From contig CM119269.1 in NCBI GenBank assembly GCA_051294375.1, forward strand, positions 13,994,552 to 14,058,551: a DNA stretch of 64,000 nt. The letters are read 5' to 3'. Every line of letters starts with the position of its first letter. The stretch's first letter is position 1. A program made the position numbers and the translations under genes. Source of the stretch: Paraspadella gotoi (lineage: Eukaryota > Animalia > Chaetognatha). The notes beneath the pieces are model-generated. The model made no database searches and had not been told where the DNA came from. It saw nothing but the letters and a program-made list of their open reading frames with translations. Shown piece after piece: positions 37,196 through 55,400 of the stretch.

Positions 37196-38155
37196 AGAAG
37201 AGGGGAGAGGGAAAAGAAAAAGGGAAAAAAGGAGGAAGAGGGGAGAAAGGGGAGGAAAAGGAAAAAGGAAAAGAAAAGAGAAGAAGAAAGAAAAGAAGGG
37301 GGAAAAGCGGAGAAAGAAAAAGGGAAGGAAAAAAAGAAGGAAAAAAAAGACGAAAAGGAAACTAGAAAAAAGAAGAGAAGAAAAGAAGAGAAAAGAAGAA
37401 AAGAGAGAGGGAAAAAGAAAAAGAAGAAAGAAAAAAAATAGAGGAGAGGAGGAGAAGAAAGAGAGAGAGAAGAGAAAAAGGGGGAGAAAAAAGAAGAAAA
37501 AAGAAAAAAGAAAAGAAGAAAAGAAGAGGAAAAGGAAGGGGGGAAAGAAAGGAGAAAAAAAGGGAAAAGGAAAAAAAAAAAAAAAAACAGAAAAAAGGGA
37601 AAGAGAAAGAAAAAAGAGAAGAAAAAGAAGGGGAAGAAGGGGAAAAGGAAAAAAGGAAAAGGAAGGGAAGAGAAAAAGAAAAAGGGAGAGAAAAAGAAGA
37701 AAAGGAGAAAAAGGAAATAAAAAAAGAAAAAGAGGGGAAGGGGAAGGAAAAAGGAAAGGGAGAACAAAGGGAAGCAGAAAGAGAAAAAAAAAAGAAGAAA
37801 AAAAAAGAAAAAAGGAGAAAGAAAGAAAAAAGGAAGAAAAAAAGAGTGAAAGAGGAAGAGAAGAGAAAAAGAGGAAAAGAGAAAAGAAAAGGAAGAAAAA
37901 AAAGGGAAAAGGGGAGAAAAAGAAAAAGAGGGGAAGAAGGGAAGGGAAAAAAAGAGAAAAAAAGAAGCGGAAAAGGAAAAAAGAAAAGAAAAAAAAAAGA
38001 AAGGAAAGGGAGAAAAGAAAGGAGGGGAAAGAAAGGAAAAGAAAAAAGAAAAAAAAAAAAAAGGGGGGAAGAAAAAGAAAGAAGGAGGAAGAGGAAGAAG
38101 GGGAGGGAAAGAGAGAGAGAGAGAGACGAGAAGAGAGAGAGAGAGAGATAAGAAA
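37130..38155. repeat. About 1 kb almost pure purine low-complexity tract
   Basis: Nearly only A and G on the + strand; a similar tract lies at about 4385-4850. Confidence 0.9.
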
Positions 38156-38301
38156 AGCGGACCTCCTTCGAAAGTCGGCAGACATCATAATGTAAACAAT
38201 TTACGTAAAACAATTCACGATAGTCGGTTTCGAACCGTTTTTCGGATTTCGAGGATAAAAATGGGGGGAGGAGAGAGAGAGAGAGAGAGAGAGGAGGAAG
38301 G

Positions 38302-38365
<64 letters not shown>

Positions 38366-40803
38366 AGATTCTGAGACAAAAAATTGAGTGAGGGAAAGAA
38401 AAGAAAAGTTTATATCGGGAGGAAAATATTGAAAAGAGGGGAGAAGAGGTCTTGTGCAAATATGATAGGAAAGACAACAGATGGTTTTTTTTATGACCCA
38501 AAAAAGAATAAAGTTCCCGACCGTTTTTAATCGCAACATTTTTCTATAAAACCGGAAGACAAGATGAGCATATTCGGCAGAATAACAGTATCAGAATTTT
38601 TTAGAATTTCTCCGCGTACGGAAGCAGAAAAATCGCGTGAGGCAGGCGGAAATTATTAAAAAAAACGGTCTTGTGACTATATCTCCTTTCTGTTGTACGT
38701 AACGTTCGGGCGGGGCCATAAGAGCGGACACATGTTAATTGAAAAGTTTGGCGGGACAATAGAAAGAGAATCTAATCGCGGGAGTATAAAGTATACACCA
38801 GAAAAAAAAGATAAATAATAAATGTCAACAATCTGGAACAGAAAAATTTTTTGTTTTTTTTGATCGGAATCCGAGACGAACGACCGCGTCGACTGGGGTA
38901 CGAAAGAATNNNNNNNNNNNNNNNNNNNNNNNNNNNNNNNNNNNNNNNNNNNNNNNNNNNNNNNNNNNNNNNNNNNNNNNNNNNNNNNNNNNNNNNNNNN
39001 NNNNNNNNNNNNNNNNNNNNNNNNNNNNNNNNNNNNNNNNNNNNNNNNNNNNNNNNNNNNNNNNNNNNNNNNNNNNNNNNNNNNNNNNNNNNNNNNNNNN
39101 NNNNNNNNNNNNNNNNNNNNNNNNNNNNNNNNNNNNNNNNNNNNNNNNNNNNNNNNNNNNNNNNNNNNNNNNNNNNNNNNNNNNNNNNNNNNNNNNNNNN
39201 NNNNNNNNNGAGATGGAGAAACGCGTAGAAGGTCTTTCCGGTGCCGCTGTTTTCCGGATCGACTTCGACGATCGAAAAAGATCAGTTGAGGGAAAACAGT
39301 GAACTGTCCATGGGTCGTCGCGAGCAGCTATGGACAAAACAGTGAACTGTCGATGTGTCGTCGCGAACAGCTAAAAACGAAACAGTGATCTGTAGACATA
39401 GATAACTTGTTTTTTATTCGTGATTTTATTTTTCTCCTCTGTTTTCTTTTGGTGAGACTTGAGTTTTGTTTCTTTTTATCGTTGACGTTTACTATTTTGT
39501 GACGATTTTTTGAAGTTTTATAATCTAGGGATAAAAATGAAAATTAAAGATGTAAAAAAAAAATTTAATTTTTAAATGTAACATTGAGAGGAGTTAGATA
39601 CAACGAGTGCTTAACGTGGAATTGAATTGTGCGAAGGTGATTCAATTCGCACTAGTTACAATCGCTGGAATACGAATTGCAATCAACGAATTCATTTCCA
39701 CGCCTTTTTTTCTCTCTCTCTTTCCCTCGGTCTCTCGCTCTCTCTCTCACTCTCTATTTCGCTGTTTTTCCTCCTCTTTCCGAACTCGTCGTCGTCGTCG
39801 TCTTCGTCGTCGTGGTCGTCGTCGTCGTCGTTAGTGCCGCTCCGGAGTTCGAGGGCCGAACGGTTTGAGAGTTTATACCCCTTCTCTCTCTCTCCTCTTT
39901 CTCTTCTCTCTCTCCTTCTCTCTTCTCTTCTCTTCTCTCTCTCCTCTCTCTCTCTTCTCTTTTATATCTCTTATTGCTATACTTATCTTTTTTATTTATT
40001 TTTCATTTCTCAGCCCTAGTTTGTTCTCTCCTTCACCCTTCTTCCTTCTTTCCTTCCTTCCTTCCTTCCTCGATGGCTCGCTCTCTATCTTTAATGAAAG
40101 ATGATTACTTTGACTGGAAAATAAGCGAAGACGCTTCAGACGCCCTCCCCCTCGCCTGCCCCCTCCCTTCGCCGACTCGATTTTCGTCGCATCTTTGAGA
40201 TGCACCTGCATTTTCTCAGTCGTCGTCGTTGTTGTCTAAATCAAAATCGACTTGTTGTATGTATGATATGTTAAGTTTAGTAAAGACGTCGGTTTCGAAA
40301 ATTGATTATTGAAAAGATTATCGAAAATTATCTTAAAAAATATAAATATTTTTTTAGTAACTAAAGTTGAAGTTTAAAACTTTTATCCGTTAAGAGAATT
40401 TTATATTATTATTAACCCCTCTCCTAAATTTTATTTTCTTCCTAGTATAATTTGAAAAAAAAATTTGTTTAATTACAATTTCATTTTTTTTATCGAAGTC
40501 CAGTTCTCTCTTATCCATTATGAAGTTTATTAAGATTTTTTTTCTCAGTTTTGTAACAAAAAAAAAGTTTTAAGAAATTACCCGAATGAATTATAGAACC
40601 AAATTGCGTGAAGTAAATGAAAAAGTCATCAATAATTGATTTCTGGCAGAAACGTCGTTGGGCGAACGAAGATTTATCCAAAAAATAATAAATTTCAAAT
40701 CGCAAAAGAATAAAATTCGTTGAAAAAATATATATTACGCGTTGCCATGGAAATTCGGTGCCGTCGTCGGGGTTACCACAACGCGCGCCAGCGTGTGAGT
40801 GAA

Positions 40804-40876
<73 letters not shown>

Positions 40877-42686
40877 GAAAACGACGGCGAAATGACGTCG
40901 AAAAACCTCGGAATCGAAGACCCGATGGTGCGAGGAGGAGCAAGAGGAGGAGGAGGAGGAAGAGGAGGAGGAAGAAAAGGATTGGCCGGCTTTTTCGAAA
41001 AACGTGAGGAAACCATTGCTTCTGCGGCTAAAGCACGACGACGACGACGACGACGAGGACGACGTCGCGAATGACGACGACGACGACGACGACGACCACG
41101 AAAGACTCCGCAGCGACGAGGAGGGAAAAAAGAGGAGAGGGACGCTGAAAGACTCAATGGCATGGAACGCCAGAGGGAGGAAGGGAGGAAGGGAGGAAGG
41201 GAGAGGGGAGGGAGATAAAGGGGAAGGAGGAGAGGGAGTAAAGGGAGGGTAGGAGAGAGAAAGAGTGAGAAAAAGGAAAAAACGGAACAAGAAATCAATG
41301 ACATGGAACCGAAGGAGCGAGAGAGGGAGTGGAGACCAAAGAGAGGGAGGAAGATAGAGGAGGAAAAGGGGGAGAGAGAGTTGAAAGTCGGAGAAAAGTG
41401 AAAAGGGAGGAAAGGAAAGATGAGTTGAACCGCAGATGTGAAGGAAAGAAAGAAAGAAATAAAGGGAAAAAAAAGAAGGAAATGAAGAGACGGAGAATAA
41501 AGGGTCATAAATTTGGTGGACGCATAAAAGGAGAAAGGGAGAAAGAGCGAGGAAAGTATGGGTGATAACTACTTGGAAGATTTAAAAAAAGAAGGGGAAA
41601 AAATCATTTGACAGTATATTATAAATATAATGTATAGAACAAGATTCGAGAATTTCACCGTCATAGGCGTTTTTTCTCTCTCTCTATTAGGCGCAAAAAC
41701 TGATGATTTTACAAAAAATATATCGAAATATTGCGCTTTATTATGTGACCTCATCGCTTTACTCAAAACCAACACAGTCAGTTCGTCTCAGTCATTCCTC
41801 GCTCTTTCATTTCCTTCTTCCTTCTTCCTCCGTAAACAAATGACCTCGGATCGAATCAACGGAAGAAAGAAAAACTTAATTGAAATGACAATTAGCTGGA
41901 AAGAGACGACGACGACGACGACGACGACGACTATATTTCGCAGTTTATGATTATCAGGTCGAGAGAGTGTGATGGGTTCCACGGCAACGACGAATGTCTC
42001 TCTCTCTCTATCTCTCTCTTTCTCTCTATATATGCAAATGAGAAAATAGAGCAAGGAATGAAAAAAAAAGAACGAGGAAGAAAAAAAAATGGGATGCGTG
42101 TTAGTGTGTGTGTGTGTTGTGTGTTGTGTGTCGGTGGCTANNNNNNNNNNCGAGTCTTTTTACTCGGATTCAGAGTTCATCTTAGATTCATGAGAGGCGA
42201 TGAAGCGTCGCGAGATGGGCGGAGATTGACGTTGGGCGTGAATCGGGATGGGGGGAGATGGGGAATGGGAGACATCTGGTGGGCGGTGGGGGAATTTAAT
42301 GGAAGGAAGAGCGATGCTATTTGTTGATATTGATTGATTAAAGTTCGCGATTTCAGAAATTGTTTTAAAAAAAGAAAAAAACCAGTGGATGATTGAAAAT
42401 GTTAGCAAGTGATTGATCGGTCAGAAAGAGCAAGTAAATTGGAATAATAAATTCTCAGTTGAACACATACGAGATACGTGGACACTTTTCGATGATTGAA
42501 TATACAAGTTATAAGATGTATTGAGACTGCATAAAAAGGTAATAAAAAACCTCAAAAATACGTTAAATTGGTACAATCAATAAAAAGATTGTCCATTCTT
42601 TTAATAAATAAGTCACCTGACAGTGACAATATAATATGTGAGAAAACAGAATATCGTAAAATGACAAGAGTCAAAATAAACAAGCA

Positions 42687-42731
<45 letters not shown>

Positions 42732-43214
42732 CTCTCTGCTCTCTCTCTCTCTCTTTTCACCAAGGAACAAGTGAAACCAAAAGAAAAACACGCGACATCG
42801 TAAAGAAGGAATTCATTGACTGTCTTCGATCTTCTGTCGGTTCGTCGGCCAATCGGTCGGCCAATCGGGCGGGCGATCGGGCGATCTATCCGTGGACTCG
42901 CCGACCAGTCGCGTCTGCCCTGGAATCCTTTGATGATGCCGCCGATCATTGGATCCAGAGACATCCTCGCGTCATCGATATTGTCGTCGTCGTCGTCGTC
43001 GTCGTCTTCGTCTTCGCGCTCTGGGAATTTCCGTCCCTCCCAGGCAAAGACGGGTGGTCTCGGAACGACGACGAATAAACCTGAAGATGAGACGTTTTTC
43101 ACTCTGGCAAAGCGCGCGTCAAGATGAGGTGCCCCTGGCGGAGACTTCACGGCCGTCCATCGGCGCCCCACGGAATGCAGAAAGCGTGAAAATCGTCGAT
43201 GACCCCTTACTGTG

Positions 43215-43310
<96 letters not shown>

Positions 43311-44048
43311 TAGACGGTGAATCGTCTTACAATTGTCTCAATTCACGATTGAGACCGCGCGACAACCAAGCCTGGATTGCCGACGAAAGTCCGTCGTGCG
43401 AAATCAGCGCGTTTTCCGACGGACTATGATCTCGATCTCTCTATCTGACCCGAGTGACCCTGCGAGATCACATTGAAAACAAAACAAAAGGAGCAATCCA
43501 GTTGAATCTCGAAGATACCGAATTTTAAGTCGTCTCGCTCAGAGAAATAAAATGTAATAAGATATAATTATTTTTCTTTTACGTATTTTAAATACTTGGT
43601 TGGTTATATACGTCTATCGGAATCAATAAAATCAATATTAATAGGCAAATTTTCAAAGCTTAACGATGGCTCATCCTTGGTTTCTAGGTTTTATTTCGTA
43701 AGACTGGCCGGAATAATGGCCTTGGCCAAGGCTTGGGCCAAGGCTTGGGCTTGGGTCGCAGTTACTAATAATCTTCTCTCCCATATAATTAACGTCTTTT
43801 GTTTCCCTTTGTCGTATTTCCCTTTCATAAAAAACAACTAGAGACTCCTGCCGTCAACTCCACATTATATCCGCCCTTCCTCCGACAAAGCAGACTACGC
43901 CTTTCTTGTCCGCACTCTCTCCAGATGTTTTCCTTGTTTATGTTTTGATACTTTGGTAAGTTGGGTGTGTTTGCCGGACGTCGGACGTCGGAATGTTTGC
44001 GTCGCTTAAGTTTTGACTCGTCTCTCGCAGGCTGACCGAACCGTCACA

Positions 44049-48418
<4,370 letters not shown>

Positions 48419-48501
48419 CGCAGCGTCGCTCGTTTTTTAGACATGATCGGCTTGGCCTTCACACTTCCTTTCACACTTCCTTTCACACACCACGACCGCC
48501 C

Positions 48502-48537
<36 letters not shown>

Positions 48538-49570
48538 CTCTGTCACCGACGTAATCTTCGATTATCGAAAGAGAGACAAAAAGAGGCGTGTCTTTAGACT
48601 AACGTCCTTTGCTCCCAAATAGAGCTATGCAAATTATCAATAATTAAAACGCGCGCGTAGTTTCTGTTATACATTGCGGCTTGAACATATTATATATACG
48701 TACATATTTTGTTGATCGTTCTTTACGAAAGAGGGGATAAAAATATAATTTTTTGTATTAATTATTAATATTCTGTACGTATTTAGGGGATGGTCGATTT
48801 ATTTTTTTGAATTTTAATTACCAGTAATAACTAAAGGCTCGAACGGTTGTGAACTAATTGATTTCTCGAGTTTTTGTTTTTCATTGGGAGTTTTTTAATT
48901 TAAAAAAAAAATATACGAAAAGTCTCGAAAATTATTATTGCGTCATTTTTTTTTATACTTAAATGTGGTTTAGTTCTTTTATGAAAACCAGATTTTGCAG
49001 GAATTAGGCGGATTGAGCTTTTAGTCAGCTTCCTAAGGACCTCACAGTTCCTCGATTCATTTCATGATTTCAAATCAGATAGTTGAGAAAATGAAAATAT
49101 ATTTAATCCTAATCCTAATAATCTTTTAAAAAATTACCTCCTACGTTACGAGTGAAATGCTTTTTTAAAATAAATTGAAATTGAAAATATTGAATGATAT
49201 TCTTTTTGTAAATTTTTTATTTAAGATAATTTGTTTGTGGATATTTCGCCTTAAAATTATTTGGCTGAAAAAATTTCACGTGAATTGTTCTATCAGTTAT
49301 CTCGAGCTTTTAAAGCTTTCAAAATTTTCCCGCGAGGGGTAGTAAAGACTGATTATTTTTAGCTCGAATCGCAAGGTTTTCTTTCAATAATTGCACGAGA
49401 GGTTTTTAGTCGGATCTGCTTATTAGCCGATCCCGACTCTATAATTCACTTTGTCGGTCTGCCCCCCCAATCTTGTCGGGCATTAACTTAATTCATGTCA
49501 GAACATCGAATTATTATAAATTATGCAAAAAGTCTGTCCATCCATCTGCCTATCTCTCTGTCCGTTTTGT

Positions 49571-49806
49571 GTGTGGGTAGGGAAGTGTGTGATTGAGCTG
49601 GATATGAAGTTTCGATAGAATCGTCTGAGTGGAAAAGAGTTTAAATAGAAAAAACAAAAAAATTAATTTCACCATTTGAACATAAGTGGATGGGGTGATT
49701 AACCTGAAATTTTATATGTGGGTAGGAAAGTGTGTGATTAAGCTGGAAATCAAGTTTCGATGGAATCGTTTGAATGGAAATGAGTTTAAATGAAAAAAAT
49801 AAAAAA
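49571..49806. repeat. Diverged direct repeat, two copies of about 90 bp
   Basis: tgtgggtagg(g/a)aagtgtgtgatt(g/a)agctgga...gagtttaaat at about 49571 and 49716. Confidence 0.75.
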
Positions 49807-50704
49807 ACCTGTTTCATTAATTGATTGCTTCTTTTTTTTTATATTATATGTAAATGCAAGATGTATTAAATAATTAAATAATCAGTTATTTAATCAATTA
49901 GTCAATTAATTAATCAATAATTAATTAATCAGTCGATCAATCAAAACAAACATTTCAGATCAAAAATTAATCAAATTGATTAATTAATTAATTACCGATA
50001 ATGATCGAGGGCAGATCCGACATTGTTTGCTCTAACTTGTTAAAGACTCGAGTTATTAGCGGCACTGCATAATATTGCCTCTAAACAAAATCGTATATTA
50101 ATACATCGCTATAATGATAGACAATATGTATATTGTATAATATATAATGTATAATCAAATATACGTTTTGGCTGCTTTTAATACGATCGCTGGTCGGACG
50201 TCATTTGCTTCACTGATTAAGAACCGCCCAACAAGACGCATAACGCCGCCCCTGAGATGAAGATTTTTGCGGTGATGACGTCACATGGCCGAATGTTAAG
50301 GCCCTCGGCGGATGACGGGAGCGTCTCGGGATCGAGTGTGAGTGAGCGTTATTGTGATAAGAGCTTTAATTTTATATTACTGTATCGAATTGACAGAGAT
50401 GTCTTATATTGAAATTTTAAAAATTTCTACAGTAATACAAGGATTAAACGTTATCTTTATCAATATTAATAATTATAAAGAAAATCTTCGTTGCATTAAT
50501 TAATAGCACCACCAAAAAAAAATAGTTTCTAATAAAAAAAAATAGAATCTAATAAAGAAAAGAAAGGGGGCGTGACAACAACACCAACAACCCAAAAATA
50601 TTTCGTGGTATAAAGACGTCGACAAAACCTTAAGGCGGCTGAGTTGACGAGCAAAAGTTCTTTCGCGAGGTCGGAGATAAAAAACAAAAGACATAAAAAG
50701 TAAG

Positions 50705-51569
50705 ATGGCGCTGACGATATTACTTGCCCTTTTGAGTGGCGCTATTCTGTTGGCCACGAACGGCGACGCTACGCCCATTTGGCGCCAACTCGATCTTCCG
50801 GTGGTGAGTTTAAAGAGTTGTCTATTAATCTGGCTTAATATTACGTTATGTTGGTCGTATCAAATTTATAACTACTAAAATAGTTTAAAATGTCATTTAA
50901 AACAAAAAGTAATGTAACATTTGGACATTTAAGTACGAAAACGAGAACCGCTTTCCATCCGGATTCCGCAGCGAAAAGAATTACGAGCAAGAAAACATGA
51001 ATAAGTTCATCCGCGATTTCATTTACGGGTAAGTTCTCAACCTCTTCGCGTAATCGTGTCCAGTTTTCAAGCGACGTGAAAAGATGGCCTAATTGTATAA
51101 ATTTTATAACCGGCTATTTCTCTTTCGAAAATTGTTTCACGTTCCCTTATTATACATATTTCTTTAGATTTTTTGGTTTATTATCGAAGGTTGGCGGATT
51201 TGTCCCGGTTCGAATCGGCGCGATCGTCGTCGCTGAAAAGAAAACTGCAGAAACGTCCGTTTGCAGGTGATACTGTTGCACACAAATTATTTGATATAAT
51301 TTATTGTGTAAGTTTTTCTCTTTTCGTTGTTATCGAGTATTAATGAAGACAAAAGTTTATTTTTTTATTTTTTATAACGAATTAGGTAGAAAAGACGGAC
51401 ATGTTTCGACTCTCGAGATTCGAGTCTTCATCGGCGTTTGACAATTTCACATATTTGGAGACATTAAACTTTTTTACCATTTCACCAACTTACTTCTTCT
51501 TCTTCCCTATTCTTACCTTCACCTGTCCTCACATCTGACCACTGTCCTTTACTCAATTCTTTATTGGAA

Positions 51570-51633
<64 letters not shown>

Positions 51634-51903
51634 TAACTTATGTCTCCAAATATTTGAAATTGTCAAACCCTGATGAAGACTCGAATCTCAAGAGTCGAAA
51701 CATGTCCGTCTTTTCTACAATTAAAAATTCATTGTAAAAAAATAAAAAAATAAACTTTTGTCTTCATTGATATAATTTATAAAAAGCGAGGAGTTTTGCA
51801 GCAGTAGATTTCTACCATTTCAGGAGTGGATAACATGGATTTCGCAACAAACACCGGACAAAATGGAAATGAGAATAACTTAAATTTAGCCACGGCTGGT
51901 TAA
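50705..51903 (+). CDS. Putative neuropeptide/peptide-hormone precursor (116 aa, 4 exons)
   Basis: Exons 50705-50803, 50934-51028, 51190-51266, 51824-51903 join in frame (351 nt): MALTILLALLSGAILLATNGDA TPIWRQLDLPVYENENRFPSGFRSEKNYEQENMNKFIRDFIYGLADLSRFESARSSSLKRKLQKR PFAGVDNMDFATNTGQNGNENNLNLATAG-stop. It has a hydrophobic signal peptide, dibasic KR sites and a terminal Gly. The exon 3 acceptor (51190 versus 51168) is inferred from frame. Confidence 0.72.
51342..51768. mobile_element. Foldback element with about 120-bp inverted arms, each containing a hammerhead motif (intron 3 of the peptide precursor)
   Basis: 51342-51464 is the near reverse complement of 51640-51768; the spacer contains (CT)n. 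Confidence 0.8.
51670..51706 (+). ncRNA. Minimal hammerhead ribozyme motif
   Basis: CUGAUGA-A-GACUC-gaaucucaa-GAGUC-GAAAC-AU-GUC: conserved core, stem II, palindromic ACAUGU stem III and a GUC cleavage triplet. Stem I is weak. Confidence 0.7.
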
Positions 51904-52498
51904 AATTTAGAACGGAAACAGAATTTTAGAAAACTGAGAATTTGGACCAGAAGTAAATGCAATTTTATACATGTATAACAAAGAAAAGCATGTATTTTTA
52001 AGTATAACTGAAATAAAGTCACAATGGAAACTATTATATTTATTAATTATTGCCTTAAATAAATATTGATGCATACTTTTTTCGGCCATATTTTCCAAAA
52101 GCACTCTATCTCTGCTACAGGGTTTAGGGTTAGGGTTAAAGGTAAGGGTCCGAGATTAGGGTTGGTATTAGGGTAAGAAATTGGGCGATTTTGGAAAATA
52201 GTGCTTTTTTTTGGCTGGTGGCATTGATTATTGTCCTCTAGCAAACCTCTTATTGCTATCTTAATACCATGCATGATTATTAATAAACTTCGCGGCAATA
52301 TTTTTTGAAATGTAAACATACTATGCGATCAATAATGATAACACCAATTCATAGTTAACCGTCTCAAATTATGTATCTGGCATTTCCATTTTGCTGTCAA
52401 ATCTCAATAAAATAAAAATTATTTTAAAAAAACCAATGTAAATTTTACAAGGGGCAAAAATTATAATCAGAAAACGTAAAATTTTTTTTCGTTTCAAT

Positions 52499-55400
52499 TT
52501 AATTGTAATCTCTTTTTCTTCGTTTATTGTTGTAGGTAGAGACCGGATCGCAAAACCATATCCCATTTTTGCACTGACTAAAGATATAAATGGTGACGTG
52601 TCAATATACTGTCAATAAAATGCTTTTATCTTTCGTTTCTTATATATTACCAGTCAGTGTCTCCCATCTTCATCCCTGTTTGGTTGTAGACGAGATACAA
52701 ATTTTTGCTGTCATCGATTCCAGTGCAGGGTTTCTAACGATTATAAATATTTTTTGATAGAGACAATTCTACAAAAGCGTAAATTAAAATACGTGAATTG
52801 AAAAGAAAAAACTACGTTAGGTTCTGTAAAATAAATATTTTTGCATAAAGTTAATCAAAATAACAGGTCTAAAGTTTCTTCGAATTTCATACCATAATTG
52901 TATTAAACGCTTTAGGTTCCAAGCTTACCTCATCTTGATTCGGACCACAATACCATCTTCCCCATTTGCAGATGCTTAAAAAGAAAGAAAAGAAGTGACT
53001 GCGTTATTCAAAGCTCATCAAAATACACGTCCAATAATTTTTTTCATCGTAAAATGATTTGACATTGTCGAAATTAAATATTTTGTATCATCATCAAATA
53101 TCATCATCAATATTATTCTTAATCCTCATTATCATTTTCATCAATCAATCGTTATCATCATCAATCATCGCCTTGTTAGCCAATAATCTCATCACAGCTC
53201 TAATTTAACATCGCGCTTATCTTGTCTAGGAATCATTGTCATCATTGACATCACTACAACTTAAAAAATAAGATTAAGAGAATCACAGCTAACCAAATCG
53301 CTCACCAATTTGTCTTACGTAGACGCATCGGTTCATCTTGGTAAGCCGCGTATACGTTGCCCTTGGCATCAATTCCGATACAAGCGCTCTGGAGAGAAAA
53401 ATTAATGCTATTAAAAATAATGAGTAAGGAATTCAAATATACAATTGTACATGGTAATGAGTTCATTATTTGCCCGATTTTTCCCAGAATGCCCCAAATT
53501 ATCTGAAATTCGGAATTAGTTTAATTTTTTTACTTAAAGATTAGGTTAGAAGTTAGAGTTAGGGGTTAGGTTAGGGATAAGCTTAGTGGTTAAGGTTAGG
53601 GACTTGGTTAAGGATTTGGGTTAGCATTTAAGGTTATAAATTAAGGATAAGGGTTTAGTGTTCGGGTTCAGGATTTGGTTAGGGTTAGGGAATAGGGTTA
53701 AGGATCGGTTTATAAGTATAAAAACTTATTTAAGTTAAATATTAAAGTTAAAATTAAACTCTGGCATAAACGAGCAGAAATGGGGCATTCTGGGAAAAGA
53801 GTTCCCATTATTTACTCTCGTTATACTAATACTTACCCTCGTAAACTGCGACTTTGGAGAAACCAGAATATCTGAATTCAAGTTCAAAAAAAAAAATTAA
53901 GTCAAGTCATCCAAAACTTGAAAAATTAATTTTATTGTCCAATTAATAAACTTTCAAGATTTTAACGTAAACGGGATGAAACGGGCTGACACAGTCAAGA
54001 CGTCATACGAATTTGAGTTGGGAAATAACTGTTGCATTTCAACGCGAGAGAAACTCACCTTCGCAAGAAGGAATGTCGCAGTATCCCCACTTTCTCGTGG
54101 TTCTGATTCCTAACCAATCTCTGTTCCAGTCGTTTATGTAGCACCACGGCTGAAAATTTTATAAATAACTATCTACTAAAAATTAATTTAGAAATTATTT
54201 TATATCATAATTTTACCTTGGACCGGCTGTTCGGATTACGACAAAAGTTTTCATCCAAACCGTTTAATGGATACCTGAATAAAAAAAGGCTAAATTTTAC
54301 TTTCGCCGACCGCGGTTATTGCAGCTTTTGAAAAACCATATAAAAATACTTATTAAAAAAAAAATTAAAAAAAAATATTACCTGATAACCCTAACCACCC
54401 CTAACCCTAAACCACTCCCAAATCACCCTTAACCCTAACCCCTCCCTAACCTCGCACTATCATCGAAGTGACCGTTAAAATCGGAAAAATTATATTAATG
54501 ACATATTCAGATAGCTTAACACAAGTAATTCTTGAAAACTTTAGAGGTTGTTCTCATAAATTCTTAATATTTCCAAAAATAATAAAAATGTTTCATTTTA
54601 TTTTTTACGTTTTTTAAAGATGAATCAAACGTTAAGCGAAAAATATTATTTTATTTTATAAGAGGTATCAAAATATAGCTTCAAACAATTTTTTTACCAA
54701 TGTTTGTTTGTTCATTCTATCCCAAGTTCAATCGCTATTTCCAACACCTAATGTTACACTCGATCCTTGGATAAATGGCATATGCTTTGCCTAATCCTTT
54801 GCCCGTTTCTCAATGAATCGTGGCTCTTGTATTGTACTTATTTTTTATTTTTAAATTAAAAAATATAACTGACTCTTACTTTACGTCGTTGTTATGGTAA
54901 AGAATTTAGCGCTCCCAATCAGTTGAAAAGTGCTCTTAAAAACTTTTTACTTCATAAAAGGGTTTTATCAAATTGGTGTAAAAAAAATTATTTCAAATAT
55001 CATTTAGATGCTAAATCGATGATAGTGCCCCGGTCGGCGAAAGTAAAAGTTACCCCCAAAAAATATACATTGGGTTAAGGGACCCTTAAACTGGGAATCG
55101 GTAACCGACAGGCGCAGTCAAAAATGATATCATAAGCTTAAAGGTCTATCAATAAAGGAATTCGAATGGTGATAGTCATTAATTTTTCTTCGCGCGGGAA
55201 AGTGGAGAAAAAATTCACATCTCCTCGATGCAATGCGAACAAGGATCAAATATTTATTAGAAAAAATTTTAATTGATCTTCCCTAAATACTGGTACCCTC
55301 CATTGTCTTACTTTTGAAGGGGAAGTAATTTTTCGCCAATTTTTGATTTTTTATTTTTATATGTAGAGGGCTGAAATCATTAGTACAAGCCTCGTTTAAT

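Noticed and set aside
37055-38501. 377-379 aa Phe/Leu/Ser-rich membrane-like ORFs
   Set aside because: Reverse translation of the polypurine tract; not a protein.
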